Assembly: GCA_964464405.1 (NCBI GenBank)
Contig: CAYXFX010000004.1
Location: 1 to 52,428 of the forward strand
Length of the DNA stretch: 52,428 nucleotides
Reading direction: 5' to 3'
Source: an uncultured Candidatus Saccharibacteria bacterium
GTDB lineage: Bacteria; Patescibacteriota; Minisyncoccia; UBA11713; 2-01-FULL-45-33
The notes under the pieces are model-generated. The model did no database searches. It worked only from the letters and a program-made list of their open reading frames with translations, and was not told the origin of the DNA. The translations under genes and the position numbers were made by a program. This document shows positions 8,670 through 17,919 of the stretch, in pieces (position 1 is the stretch's first letter; every line of letters starts with the position of its first letter).

Positions 8670-10493
8670 CTACTTCTTAATCATCTTCAAATAAACATCA
8701 TGCGGGATTTCGAAATCGGCGCGCTCTTTTAAGCGCTTTTTGCCTTTTTTTTGCTTTTGCCACAATTTCATTTTTCGCGTTCTGTCTCCTCCGTAGAGAT
8801 GCCCTGTAACATCTTTTGAAAGAGCTTTTAAGGAACGCGCCGAAATGATTCTTCCATCGGCTTTTGCTTGGATTTTTAGAGCAAAAAGCGCGTGAGGTAA
8901 AATTTTATATAATTTCTCAACTGCTTCCTCCGCTTCATGCTCTACGCGTTTCTTTGGAACAATTCGCGCAAAAGCGGGAATTGCTTCTTCATTTACTAAA
9001 ATATCAAGACGCAGCAAATCCGCGGGGCGTGAATCGATAAATTCGTAATTTAAAGAGGCGTAGCCGGAAGAAAAACTTTTTAATTCGTCGAAAAAATTTC
9101 GCATAAGTTCCCGCAAGGGCATTTCTGCGGAAAGTCTGATTCTCGACTCGGAAAATTTATGCGTTTCTCCCAAAATGGCTTCATGTTCTTGTAGAAGTTT
9201 TAAAATATTCGGAAGTTTTTCGGGGGGCATTAAAATTTCCAATTTTAAATACGGCTCCAAAATTTCCAAAATTTCATGCCGTTCCGGAAAGTTAGACGGA
9301 GTATAAATCTCAATTTCTTTTTGCTCTCCTCCTTTTTTAATTTTTATTTTGTATTTTACTGTGGGGGTTGCAACGATTGTTTTTATTCCGTAATCGCGGA
9401 ATATCCGTTCAGAAACGATTTCCAAATGAAGCATTCCTAAAAATCCACAGCGAAATCCGCGCCCCAAAACTCCAGCGGATTCCTCTTCAAACGAAAAAGC
9501 ACTGTCAATTAGCCGGATTTTTTCGAGCGCCTTTTTTAAATCAGGAAATTCATTTTGGTTCATCGGATATACGGAAGAAAAAACGACTGGTTTAATTTCT
9601 TTATATCCAGGAAGGGGAGAGCTGTTAGAATTTTTTATAATTGTATCTCCCACGCGCACTATATTCGCTTCTTTTGCGTTTGTTATAACATATCCAATTT
9701 CTCCGGCGGATAATTTTTCTGTTTCTTTTAACTCTGGTTTAAATATTCCAACTTCGCCTGCAATGAAGTCTTCCTTCGCTTGAAAAAATTTAAGTCTGTC
9801 TCCTTTTTTTATTTCCCCTTCAAAAACGCGCACATGCGCGATTACCCCGCGGTGTATCGAATATTCATAGTCAAAAATTAACGCTCGCGGCTCTTCCGCG
9901 ATATTCAGCGTGCTTTCCGTGTTGTTCCGCGGTGGGGGCATTCTTCGTACAATTTCTTCTAGCAAGTGCCCCACACCTTCTCCTGTTCGTGCTGAAACTA
10001 ATAAAATATCTTCTTCTGCGCAATTTAATATGTTAACGATTTCTTTTTTTGTTTCCGCAATGCGCGCACCAGGAAGGTCAATTTTGTTTATGACTGGAAT
10101 TATTGCCAAATTAAGCTGCCTTGCAAGCTCTACGTTTGAAAGGGTTTGGGCTTCAACTCCTTGAGTTGCGTCTACTAAAAGAACCGCTCCTTCCACAGCC
10201 GCAAGCGCACGCGAGACTTCGTAATTAAAATCAATATGCCCTGGCGTGTCGATCAAATTCAGAATATATTTTGAATTTGAATTTTCAATTTCCAATTGCG
10301 CATGGTATTCCATTCTTACAGGCTGCATTTTTATTGTTATGCCTCTTTCTCGTTCTAACGGATGCATATCTAAAAATTGTTCGCGCATTTTTCGTTGTTC
10401 AATTGTATGAGTCAGCTCAAGCATGCGGTCGGCAAGTGTGGACTTCCCGTGGTCAATATGAGCAATTATGCAAAAATTTCTGATATTTGCCAT
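8670..10493 (-). CDS. lepA: Elongation factor 4 (LepA)
   Basis: IRNFCIIAHIDHGKSTLADR, ERERGITIK, DTPGH, NKID, C-terminal LYGGDRTRKMKLW. Confidence 0.98.
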   Translation of the reverse strand: MANIRNFCIIAHIDHGKSTLADRMLELTHTIEQRKMREQFLDMHPLERERGITIKMQPVRMEYHAQLEIENSNSKYILNLIDTPGHIDFNYEVSRALAAVEGAVLLVDATQGVEAQTLSNVELARQLNLAIIPVINKIDLPGARIAETKKEIVNILNCAEEDILLVSARTGEGVGHLLEEIVRRMPPPRNNTESTLNIAEEPRALIFDYEYSIHRGVIAHVRVFEGEIKKGDRLKFFQAKEDFIAGEVGIFKPELKETEKLSAGEIGYVITNAKEANIVRVGDTIIKNSNSSPLPGYKEIKPVVFSSVYPMNQNEFPDLKKALEKIRLIDSAFSFEEESAGVLGRGFRCGFLGMLHLEIVSERIFRDYGIKTIVATPTVKYKIKIKKGGEQKEIEIYTPSNFPERHEILEILEPYLKLEILMPPEKLPNILKLLQEHEAILGETHKFSESRIRLSAEMPLRELMRNFFDELKSFSSGYASLNYEFIDSRPADLLRLDILVNEEAIPAFARIVPKKRVEHEAEEAVEKLYKILPHALFALKIQAKADGRIISARSLKALSKDVTGHLYGGDRTRKMKLWQKQKKGKKRLKERADFEIPHDVYLKMIKK

Positions 10494-10532
10494 GTTTGAC
10501 TTATTCTAGTATCTGCTCGAAAATAAATCCAT

Positions 10533-11372
10533 ATGTTTTTAGGTTTTATTTTGGCAATATTTGCTGTTTTTTTTACTGAAACCGGCGCTTCTATAGGCAA
10601 ATTCGAAGTTGAAAATAAAAAAGAAAGCCTATATACAATGGGAGTTTTCCATCTTATGTGGGGGACTTTGTTTTTTTTCGCTTACGGTTTATTCGTAAAT
10701 AATGCGTTTATTTTTTCTTACGCGTCTTTGCCGACTTTTGTACTAAGAGCGGTTCTCGAGGTTTTCCAAACGCATATAACAATTCTTGCCATTGTGCGGG
10801 CAGACCGGAGCACATATAGTTTTTTGCGCTCGATGACCGCCCCGCTTCTTTTGGGGGCAGATTTTCTTTTGGGCTATTCGATTTCGCAGGGACAAATTAT
10901 AGGCATAGCAATTATCGCGATATCTCTCATAATTTTATTTATGAATCATGGGATAAATAAAAAGGGCTTTGGCTTTGTTCTTTTTTCCACGATAAACGCG
11001 GTCATTACGATTTCGCTTTATAAATACAATATTACTCATTTTAATTCCGTTGCAGCGGAGCAGGGGATCATAATGTTTATTTTAGTTCTTTATTTCTATT
11101 TTATGGCGAGAACCGTCGCAAAAGAAAATCCGTTCCGGTTTTTAAGAGAGCGTGTATTTTTGGGCCAGTCTCTGGCATTCGGAGCCGGCAGCGTGCTGGG
11201 ATCTTTTGCGTATCTTTTCGCGCCGGCTTCTATTATAAACACTCTTGAGAGGTCGCTTTCGGTGCTTGCTTCAATAATTTCCGGCAAAAAATATTTCCAC
11301 GAAAAACATTTTTTAATTAAACTCGCAGTATTTGCTTTAATTGCAACCGGACTTATATTTTTAATGAGGTAA
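10533..11372 (+). CDS. EamA/DMT-family membrane transporter
   Basis: 279 aa, about 10 TM helices in two repeated halves. Confidence 0.6.
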   Translation: MFLGFILAIFAVFFTETGASIGKFEVENKKESLYTMGVFHLMWGTLFFFAYGLFVNNAFIFSYASLPTFVLRAVLEVFQTHITILAIVRADRSTYSFLRSMTAPLLLGADFLLGYSISQGQIIGIAIIAISLIILFMNHGINKKGFGFVLFSTINAVITISLYKYNITHFNSVAAEQGIIMFILVLYFYFMARTVAKENPFRFLRERVFLGQSLAFGAGSVLGSFAYLFAPASIINTLERSLSVLASIISGKKYFHEKHFLIKLAVFALIATGLIFLMR

Positions 11373-11460
11373 ATGTTATGTGTATAACTAACTACTTGCG
11401 ATGTGTGTGTGATAAAATAATCTAAGGGTCGGTTTTATATTTTTATAAATTTAAAAAGCC

Positions 11461-11484
11461 AACTTTACGCGATCGCGTAAAGTT
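11461..11484. promoter_or_regulatory. Perfect 24-bp palindrome, possible operator
   Basis: AACTTTACGCGATCGCGTAAAGTT equals its own reverse complement; 19 bp upstream of ATG 11504. Confidence 0.4.
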
Positions 11485-11503
11485 AGTCAGGAAAAAATTT
11501 AGT

Positions 11504-12959
11504 ATGAATTATTACAATAGAAGTTATCGCAAAATTTTTGGTATTTTAGTGCCAGCTTTAGTTTTTTTGGGTTTTGTAATTTTTGCCAAAGCGGCTCCAA
11601 CAGTAACGGTGACAGCTCCGAACGGAGGAGAAGTTTTAACGACAAGTAAAATTTATAGGATAACTTGGAATTCGGAAAATGTGGACAAGGTTTCTATCGG
11701 GTATTCTTTCGGTGAGGGAAGTCTTAACTGGATAGCGACAAATAGCGACAAATATTGCAAACACAAATTATTACGATTGGACAGTAAATTTAGGGAATAC
11801 AACTAATACCAAAGCCAAAATTTACGTGCTTGGGTATCAAACCGGCATCGGCTCAGTTTCGGATTACTCAAATGATTTTTTCACTGTCAGTCAGGATCAG
11901 TCTGTAACAACGCAAATAACCACTGTCACTTCCGTCGAATATACCGCAGGATCAAATGGCATTTCAGAAAAATTTGTCTTAATTGGAATTAATTTTTCTG
12001 ATAGCAGTAAACTATATTATACAAATACTTCAACTGGCGTAAGTGGTAATTTAACAAACATTATATATTTTTCTTCCGAAAAAATAACTTTTGCTGGCGA
12101 CTTATATACCGGGAATATGGCAGGAATGTATAAGATAAAAGTTGTAGATGTAAATGGAAAGGGAAGCAATGAAATACTTGTTAATACAGCCCCCGCCATT
12201 TCGACTCAGACAGCATCTACGCCCCTCGTTGATAATAGTCCCGCATCTGCTCCAAGTTTAGAAATTTCAGCGAATCCGAGCACGATTAGCCCTGGTCAAT
12301 CCGCAACGATTTCTTGGTCTACATCTGCCACATTTTGCAATGCGCCTGATTTGTTCCAAGATTCTAATTGGAATAAAAGTGGTTCACAAATAGTTAAAAA
12401 TCTGGAATCCTCCAAAACATTTTCGATGACCTGTTATGCGACCGGTGGTGGTGGAACGGTCACAAAATCTGTTACTGTAAAAGTTGTAGATTTATCTGCC
12501 GACGTGTCCATTACATCAAACAAATCTTCTCTTTCAGATTCCCAAATAAGTTCAATTCTTTCGTTGCTCCAATCTTTCGGCACCGAGCAATCAATAATAA
12601 ATAATGTAGAAAATAGCTTGCGTGGCAAAGTAACTTCAACGACTTCCAAGCCGCCGTTTGCCGGATCTCCTAATTTGCCGGCAGATGTTGATCACGAATC
12701 AACTTATTCCTGCGCGGATCTAAAAAATGACTTAAGATACCGCGCGCGCGATGCAAGCACAAGCGGCGAAGTTTCATTGCTTCAGGATTTTTTACAGGCA
12801 AAAGGATATCTCAAATCCGATCCTACGGGATATTTCGGCCTTCTTACTTTCCAAGCGGTAAAAGATTTACAGAAATTAAATGAAATTTCTCCTACGGGAT
12901 TTGTCGGACCGATTACGCGCGCAAAAATTAAGTCTCTAAGCTGTGTTATCGGTTTATAA
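11504..12959 (+). pseudogene. Frameshifted surface protein (Ser/Thr-rich Ig-like domains + C-terminal peptidoglycan-binding domain)
   Basis: ORFs 11504-11806 and 11826-12959 join into one 481 aa frame if one copy of the 10-bp duplication is removed (WIATNIANTNYYDWTVNLG...KIYVLGYQT); PG-binding GYFGLLTFQAVKDLQ..GFVGPITRAKI. Confidence 0.8.
11732..11751 (+). repeat. 10-bp tandem duplication ATAGCGACAA x2
   Basis: Read directly from sequence; causes the frameshift. Confidence 0.9.
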
Positions 12960-12993
12960 TTTAAAACCTAAATAAACAGTTCATTCTTTTCTC

Positions 12994-13851
12994 ATGCGGC
13001 TATATCAAATTAGCCGCATGATTAATCTAAACTTACAAATTAGGAAAAGAGACGTTTTTTTATCTTTTCTGTTGATAGGTGTTTTGGTAATTGTTGGGTA
13101 TGCGGCGTCAGAGCCCCTTGCTGCTCCTTATCAAGCAAAAACCGAATACGAACAAAGTATTATTAAAGCTGTAGATACTGCTTCGCCGGCCGTAGTTTCG
13201 ATAGCTATTTCAAAAAAAGTTGCGGCGACGGAAGATTGCCCGATCCCTCCGGAATTTAAGGAATTTTTTGATATCATCCCGCAGTGTGCCGTTCCGGGAG
13301 ATGGCTCGACTATCGAAGAAGTTGGCGGGGGTAGCGGTTTTGCGGTTTCTTCGGACGGACTTATTGTTACAAACAAACATGTTGTAAGCGACAAAGAAGC
13401 TGTTTATTCCGTAATACTAAAAGACGGAAGCCGCCACACAGTAGAAAAAATATTAACGGATCCCAATCAAGATATTGCTATTATAAAAATCAAAGCGGCA
13501 AATCTTCCGACAGTGGAGCTTGGAGATTCTGATTCTGTCGTTTTGGGTCAGAGTGCTATAGCGATCGGAAACGCACTTGCTAAATTTGCGAATACAATTT
13601 CGGTGGGCATTGTTTCAGGTACCGGCAGAAGCATAGTCGCGAGCGGCGCTGGAGGAGTTGAGGAAGTGTTTGAAGATGTGCTGCAAACTGATGCGGCAAT
13701 TAATTTAGGAAATTCCGGAGGTCCGCTTTTAAATCTAAAAGGCGAAGTTATCGGCGTGAATACGGCTATTGCGACAAACGCGCAAAATATCGGATTTGCG
13801 ATTCCGATAAATAAAATCAAACAAGGGATAGAATCCGTAAGAAATCAGTAA
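12994..13851 (+). CDS. HtrA/DegP-like trypsin serine protease lacking PDZ domain
   Basis: GSGF, TNKHVV, DIAII, QTDAAINLGNSGGPL; ORF ends directly after the protease domain. Confidence 0.88.
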   Translation: MRLYQISRMINLNLQIRKRDVFLSFLLIGVLVIVGYAASEPLAAPYQAKTEYEQSIIKAVDTASPAVVSIAISKKVAATEDCPIPPEFKEFFDIIPQCAVPGDGSTIEEVGGGSGFAVSSDGLIVTNKHVVSDKEAVYSVILKDGSRHTVEKILTDPNQDIAIIKIKAANLPTVELGDSDSVVLGQSAIAIGNALAKFANTISVGIVSGTGRSIVASGAGGVEEVFEDVLQTDAAINLGNSGGPLLNLKGEVIGVNTAIATNAQNIGFAIPINKIKQGIESVRNQ

Positions 13852-13886
13852 AAAAACTATGGACATCGGATGTCCATAGTTTTTTT
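13850..13886. terminator. Bidirectional terminator (perfect palindrome)
   Basis: A7-CTATGGACAT-CGG-ATGTCCATAG-T7 between convergent genes. Confidence 0.8.
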
Positions 13887-13890
13887 ACTA

Positions 13891-14274
13891 TTATTTGCTC
13901 CAGCATTTTTTTGACCAGATCCACGGACTTGTTCCGTATCTTTTATAAAGCTCGAGAGCCATTGCATAGTTCCCGGTCTCCGTGTAAATATCGTGGCCGA
14001 GCTCTTCGGCGAGACCTTTCCAATAGAGAGCATTGATTTGGAATTTTCCAACGTCATGTTTGTTTACTCCTCCTATAAGCACTTTTCCACTTTCATCAAA
14101 CTGTCTTCCGTGCGATTCGCAAATTGCGATACGATCTAAAATTTCGTTTGCTTTCTTAATTTCAGCGTTTTCTTTAGTTTCAATTTGCACTATTTGGGCT
14201 GGCGCTTGGTGCTCATAGGCAATTTTAGGTACTGAAAGCAATGCGGCTATTGCGGCAAGTAAAATCAAATTCAT
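13891..14274 (-). CDS. Small secreted lysozyme-like/transglycosylase (SLT/Rpf-like) protein
   Basis: Signal peptide; IAICES (catalytic Glu), DVGKFQIN, GTSPW..S..CW. Confidence 0.7.
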   Translation of the reverse strand: MNLILLAAIAALLSVPKIAYEHQAPAQIVQIETKENAEIKKANEILDRIAICESHGRQFDESGKVLIGGVNKHDVGKFQINALYWKGLAEELGHDIYTETGNYAMALELYKRYGTSPWIWSKKCWSK

Positions 14275-14350
14275 AAACTAAAAACCTGTTTAATCTTGCT
14301 AAAAACCTTTATTTTTCAACAGAAAACCGCCATATCAGGCGGTAGCATCC

Positions 14351-14379
14351 ATATTACTCCAAAAAGCCCCAAAAGTCAA
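14351..14379 (-). promoter_or_regulatory. Sigma70-type promoter for the lysozyme-like gene
   Basis: TTGACT-N17-TAATAT on minus strand. Confidence 0.55.
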
Positions 14380-14457
14380 TCCAGCCGAGACCAGGTAATT
14401 CGGCTCGGCTGAATCACAACTCAGCGTAGATTTTTGCGCAATTGCGGTGACGCGGAA

Positions 14458-15303
14458 CTAAAAAACCACTGTTTCTAAAATATTTTCATAGTTAAATCGA
14501 ATTTCATCCGAAGGCGAGAAGTAAAAAACGGTAAACATATAAATAAAATCTGGTTTTGCTAAGACTACGTTTTCATTTTCGTAGAGTCCTGTCGCGTGGT
14601 ACGCCAAACCTTTTTCGCCTCCTACAATTTTTTCTTTAAGCACGCCGTCAGAAAGTTTAAAATTCGAAAAGCCCATTCCGCGAATCCAATTTTCAGCAGT
14701 CATTCCGTCCAAATTATTTTGGTATATTCCTATATTAATAGTAGGCGGAGCTTCTCTTCCAGGCGCTTTTCCTTCCACCAGATTACGATTTTCTTTCGTG
14801 TCTTCCATTAATACAACTTCATATCTGTACCTTTGGCCGGTGCTTAGGTCGCGCTCTGTTGCAAAATAGCCGGTTGGGTATAAAAAACTGATTTTGAGCT
14901 TGGCCGATTTGAACATTTTTGAACCTCTTGCTTCTTTCCCTTCTTTGTCCGTGCGGTAAAGGTAGTCTGTATCTTTGGCGCGCGCTTTAATTTCGTATCC
15001 CGGAGTTATAACTTCCGCGCAGAATTCATTTGTGGCTGCCAAACCGAGGCATGAGTCGGGCCAATCTTTTGCGGAAATGCCCGTAATTTTTACATCGTTG
15101 TTGTGAATTTTTTCTATTTTGGAAATTTCTCCTTTTACGGCAGAAACGGCGCTTGTTGCGTCCGGAGGATATCCAACATCTTTGTCGGAGGAATTTGCGT
15201 TCTCATTTGGATTTTGTATATTTTTTATTAAATCCGGATACAGATAAAACACACCCAACGCCAAGGCGGCCAGTAAAATTACTATTATTAGAAAATATTT
15301 CAT
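14458..15303 (-). CDS. Membrane-anchored hypothetical protein (WPDSCLG..PGY motif domain + possible PsbP-like C-terminal domain)
   Basis: N-terminal TM, 281 aa; domain guesses from pattern only. Confidence 0.6.
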   Translation of the reverse strand: MKYFLIIVILLAALALGVFYLYPDLIKNIQNPNENANSSDKDVGYPPDATSAVSAVKGEISKIEKIHNNDVKITGISAKDWPDSCLGLAATNEFCAEVITPGYEIKARAKDTDYLYRTDKEGKEARGSKMFKSAKLKISFLYPTGYFATERDLSTGQRYRYEVVLMEDTKENRNLVEGKAPGREAPPTINIGIYQNNLDGMTAENWIRGMGFSNFKLSDGVLKEKIVGGEKGLAYHATGLYENENVVLAKPDFIYMFTVFYFSPSDEIRFNYENILETVVF

Positions 15304-15724
15304 AACGCTATTTTATATAAACATTCTTCATGAGGCAATTCTGATATAAATTATTTTAGTTTCGGAAAGGTTTCCGGATCGAAGCCTACACACAACTTTG
15401 CATAACCGCAGGTCAGCGCAGGTTTCGTATCTAATTTAATGGCTGCGGATTTAGAACACCCTCAAACCCCGAAGGAGAACAAGTTTCCTACGGGGCATGC
15501 TTTTGAAATCATTTTGCCAAATCTGATACATAAATCCAAAAAGCAGAACCTCCGCCAACCCGCTACACAGAATGAACATAATATGCTAGCATCAAAGGCA
15601 GTTTAGAAATATTACTTTTACATAGCTACTTGCACGACCATTGTAGCTTTTAGGGAATAAAGATCTTGTTTTCTAAAAGCTGCAATAGGGCAGCGAAAAT
15701 TCAACCCAAAAGGAGGAAACGCCA

Positions 15725-16321
15725 ATGGGTACCGCCTCAATGACGACTGGGCAGTTTCGGGAGTTTGCCGGAGCCGTACTCCGCTCGCTTCCCGACGATC
15801 TTGACCCCACCACCGCGCAGGGATGGATCGAGAACCAGGAAAGCCTGCGCAAGATTCTCCGCGAGGCGCTCACGCCGGACGGCAAACCCGCCGGCAACAC
15901 CTACCCCCTATCCGTGGACTACGGAAGAGGCGTGGAGTGCGCGGTGAAGTCCGGTCGCTACGACTGGGCTAACTCCGATGTCACCTCCAGAAACTTCCCG
16001 ACCGAGCGGAAGGGAACGGTTGAGGTTGCGGTGGAGCTCATCCACTTCAACCGGCACATCTCAACCGGCGAGGTGCACCGCGAACTCGACAGGATGGGAT
16101 ACCGTCCGGCCGAGCTTCACGAGCTTCTCGCCTTTGGCGAGAAGTATCCGGAAGTCCAGCGCGAGTTTCTGATCGTGGCGCTTGGTTCTGTCTGGCAGGA
16201 CCGGGGCGGCGACCTCCGCGTCCCGCGCCTCAGCAGGGACGGTTCGGAGCGCACGCTGTACCTGGGCTGGGTCGAGGACGGCTGGGACGAGATCTACCGG
16301 TTCGCGGCCATCCGCAAGTAG
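15725..16321 (+). CDS. GC-rich hypothetical protein with C-type-lectin/DGR-target-like C-terminus
   Basis: 198 aa, AAGGAGG SD, about 65% GC in a sampled 60-nt line; C-terminus VPRL..DGSERTLYLGW.E.GW.E.YRFAA.RK. Confidence 0.7.
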   Translation: MGTASMTTGQFREFAGAVLRSLPDDLDPTTAQGWIENQESLRKILREALTPDGKPAGNTYPLSVDYGRGVECAVKSGRYDWANSDVTSRNFPTERKGTVEVAVELIHFNRHISTGEVHRELDRMGYRPAELHELLAFGEKYPEVQREFLIVALGSVWQDRGGDLRVPRLSRDGSERTLYLGWVEDGWDEIYRFAAIRK

Positions 16322-16385
16322 CTTCAAATCCTTGGGGCCTTGGTTCCTGAATCCTTTGTGAACCTTTGCTCCTTGGAATCGTTCG

Positions 16386-16420
16386 CCCTCGGCGTGGCAA
16401 CATCGCGCCGAGGGTTTTTT
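16386..16420 (+). terminator. Intrinsic terminator
   Basis: CCCTCGGCG/CGCCGAGGG stem + T tract. Confidence 0.75.
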
Positions 16421-16540
16421 CTTTTGCCAATCAAAATTATATAATGATAGCGGATAGAGTTCTACTCGTCAGCGCGAAGTCTCAAAGAAAAATCCGGCGA
16501 GCGGGCAAAAAATGGAGGGGTTCAAGGGGAGGAAATTTTT

Positions 16541-16614
16541 TGGCTCCGGGACTACGATTCGAACGTAGATTACTCCGTCCAGAGCGGAGCGTCCTACCAT
16601 TAGACGATCCCGGA
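16541..16614 (-). tRNA. tRNA-Gln(CTG)
   Basis: Acceptor TCCGGGA/TCCCGGA, anticodon stem CTCCG/CGGAG around CTCTGGA, GTTCGAAT T-loop, encoded CCA. Confidence 0.95.
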
Positions 16615-16772
16615 ATCTCACTGCGTTATCTTAACAAAAAAAAGCTTAGTTTTCGAGCCTGCGTGGTGTCACGCCTTTTTCACATATAAATCATTCAATA
16701 TTCATGGGAGATCACAGAATTTGCGCGCCGTCAATTTGACGCGAACGATTCATAAATTCTATACTTTTTTTA

Positions 16773-17486
16773 ATGAATGCCAGAGAAAAGATTGCCGGAA
16801 TAAAACAGAAGGCGCTAAAATTAACAGAAGCCCTTTACCGAACGACAGATCTTTTTTCGGATGCCGAGCCCTTAAAATGGTCACTACGGGAAGACGCAAT
16901 CGAAATATTAAATAAAATATCCGGCTTGCAAACAGAAGGAAACTGCGCTAACTATAAAGATCTCGAAATTATCGGGAAAAATATAGAAAAGCTTTTTTTA
17001 AAACTTGAACTTGCTTCTAGCGGAACATTAATTTCGCGAGTGAATTACGAAGTATTGGAGAGGGAATATAAAGTGATTCAATCAGAGATGTCCAATCAAA
17101 TTCAAGAAGAAAATCTATCGGACATGCTTTTATTGGACAATTCTAAAGGACAAAAAACAAAAGTATTGGACATGTCCGATGCGTCCATTGAAACAAATCA
17201 AGTCTTCAAAAGCGTAGAAAATGCTAGCACTGTTATTGCTGAAAGTATTGGGATTGAAAAACAATCTTTTGAATCGCCAAAAACAGTGATAAATGCTTTA
17301 ACACCGAGGAAAGAGGCAATAATTTTTTCGCTGAAAAATAAAGGGTCTAGCAGTATCAGCGACTTGGTTACTAACTTTAACGGTAGTGTGGGAGCAAAGA
17401 CAATTCAGAGGGAGTTAGGTGCATTAGTCTCTGCCGGGTTAATAAAACAGGAGGGTGAAAAGCGCTGGAGAAGGTATTTTGTGTGA
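16773..17486 (+). CDS. Putative regulator: N-terminal four-helix-bundle-like domain + C-terminal winged HTH (DeoR-like)
   Basis: ALKLTEALYRTTDLFSDAEPLKWSLRE resembles 23S-IVP four-helix bundles; C-terminal SISDL..KTIQRELGALVSAGLIKQEGEKRWRRYF wHTH. Confidence 0.6.
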   Translation: MNAREKIAGIKQKALKLTEALYRTTDLFSDAEPLKWSLREDAIEILNKISGLQTEGNCANYKDLEIIGKNIEKLFLKLELASSGTLISRVNYEVLEREYKVIQSEMSNQIQEENLSDMLLLDNSKGQKTKVLDMSDASIETNQVFKSVENASTVIAESIGIEKQSFESPKTVINALTPRKEAIIFSLKNKGSSSISDLVTNFNGSVGAKTIQRELGALVSAGLIKQEGEKRWRRYFV

Positions 17487-17525
17487 GTTTGCTTATGCAA
17501 CTTAGAAGCTTATTCCTGAAGAAGC

Positions 17526-17573
17526 GAGTTATCCACAAATAGATTTTGCTAATAGATTTACGAGCAGTATAAT
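17526..17573 (+). promoter_or_regulatory. DnaA-box-like 9-mer upstream of a putative promoter
   Basis: GAG-TTATCCACA at 17526-17537, TTGCTA-N16-TATAAT at 17546-17573. Confidence 0.5.
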
Positions 17574-17919
17574 AAAGCTACAAAGCAGATGAAAAAATAT
17601 GTGTGAGAATTTAGGTTAATTTGATAGGCCAGTTTTGGTCTATTTATTGGCTCATGACGATTGGTTCTAAATTATCTTTTCTGGAAGCAATCGTCAGAAG
17701 CTAAATTGAAAAGATTTACTTCTGAGACGGAAAGAACATTGACAAATAAATAAACGCACATTTAAGTTTGAAGTTTCCAATAGAAACTTAGGCTGGGTCG
17801 ATTATGAGAACAGCTTTGGTTTCAAGTCGAAAATTTATTATTAGTTTATAAACGGCGTGAGTGTGTTTTTTGTCGAAAAGCATCAAATGCCGTAAATTAA
17901 TTTATTAAAGATAATAATC

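Noticed and set aside
15351-15595. Minus-strand frame open if TGA were read through (genetic code 25)
   Set aside because: TGA serves as stop in clear genes here (secF, 16773-17486, 38537-39349); frame has no convincing start
15673-16689. Overlapping alternative ORFs around the GC-rich gene (15673-15900, 15765-15947, 16061-16327, 16366-16689)
   Set aside because: Shadow ORFs expected from high GC; 16366-16689 overlaps a tRNA on the opposite strand
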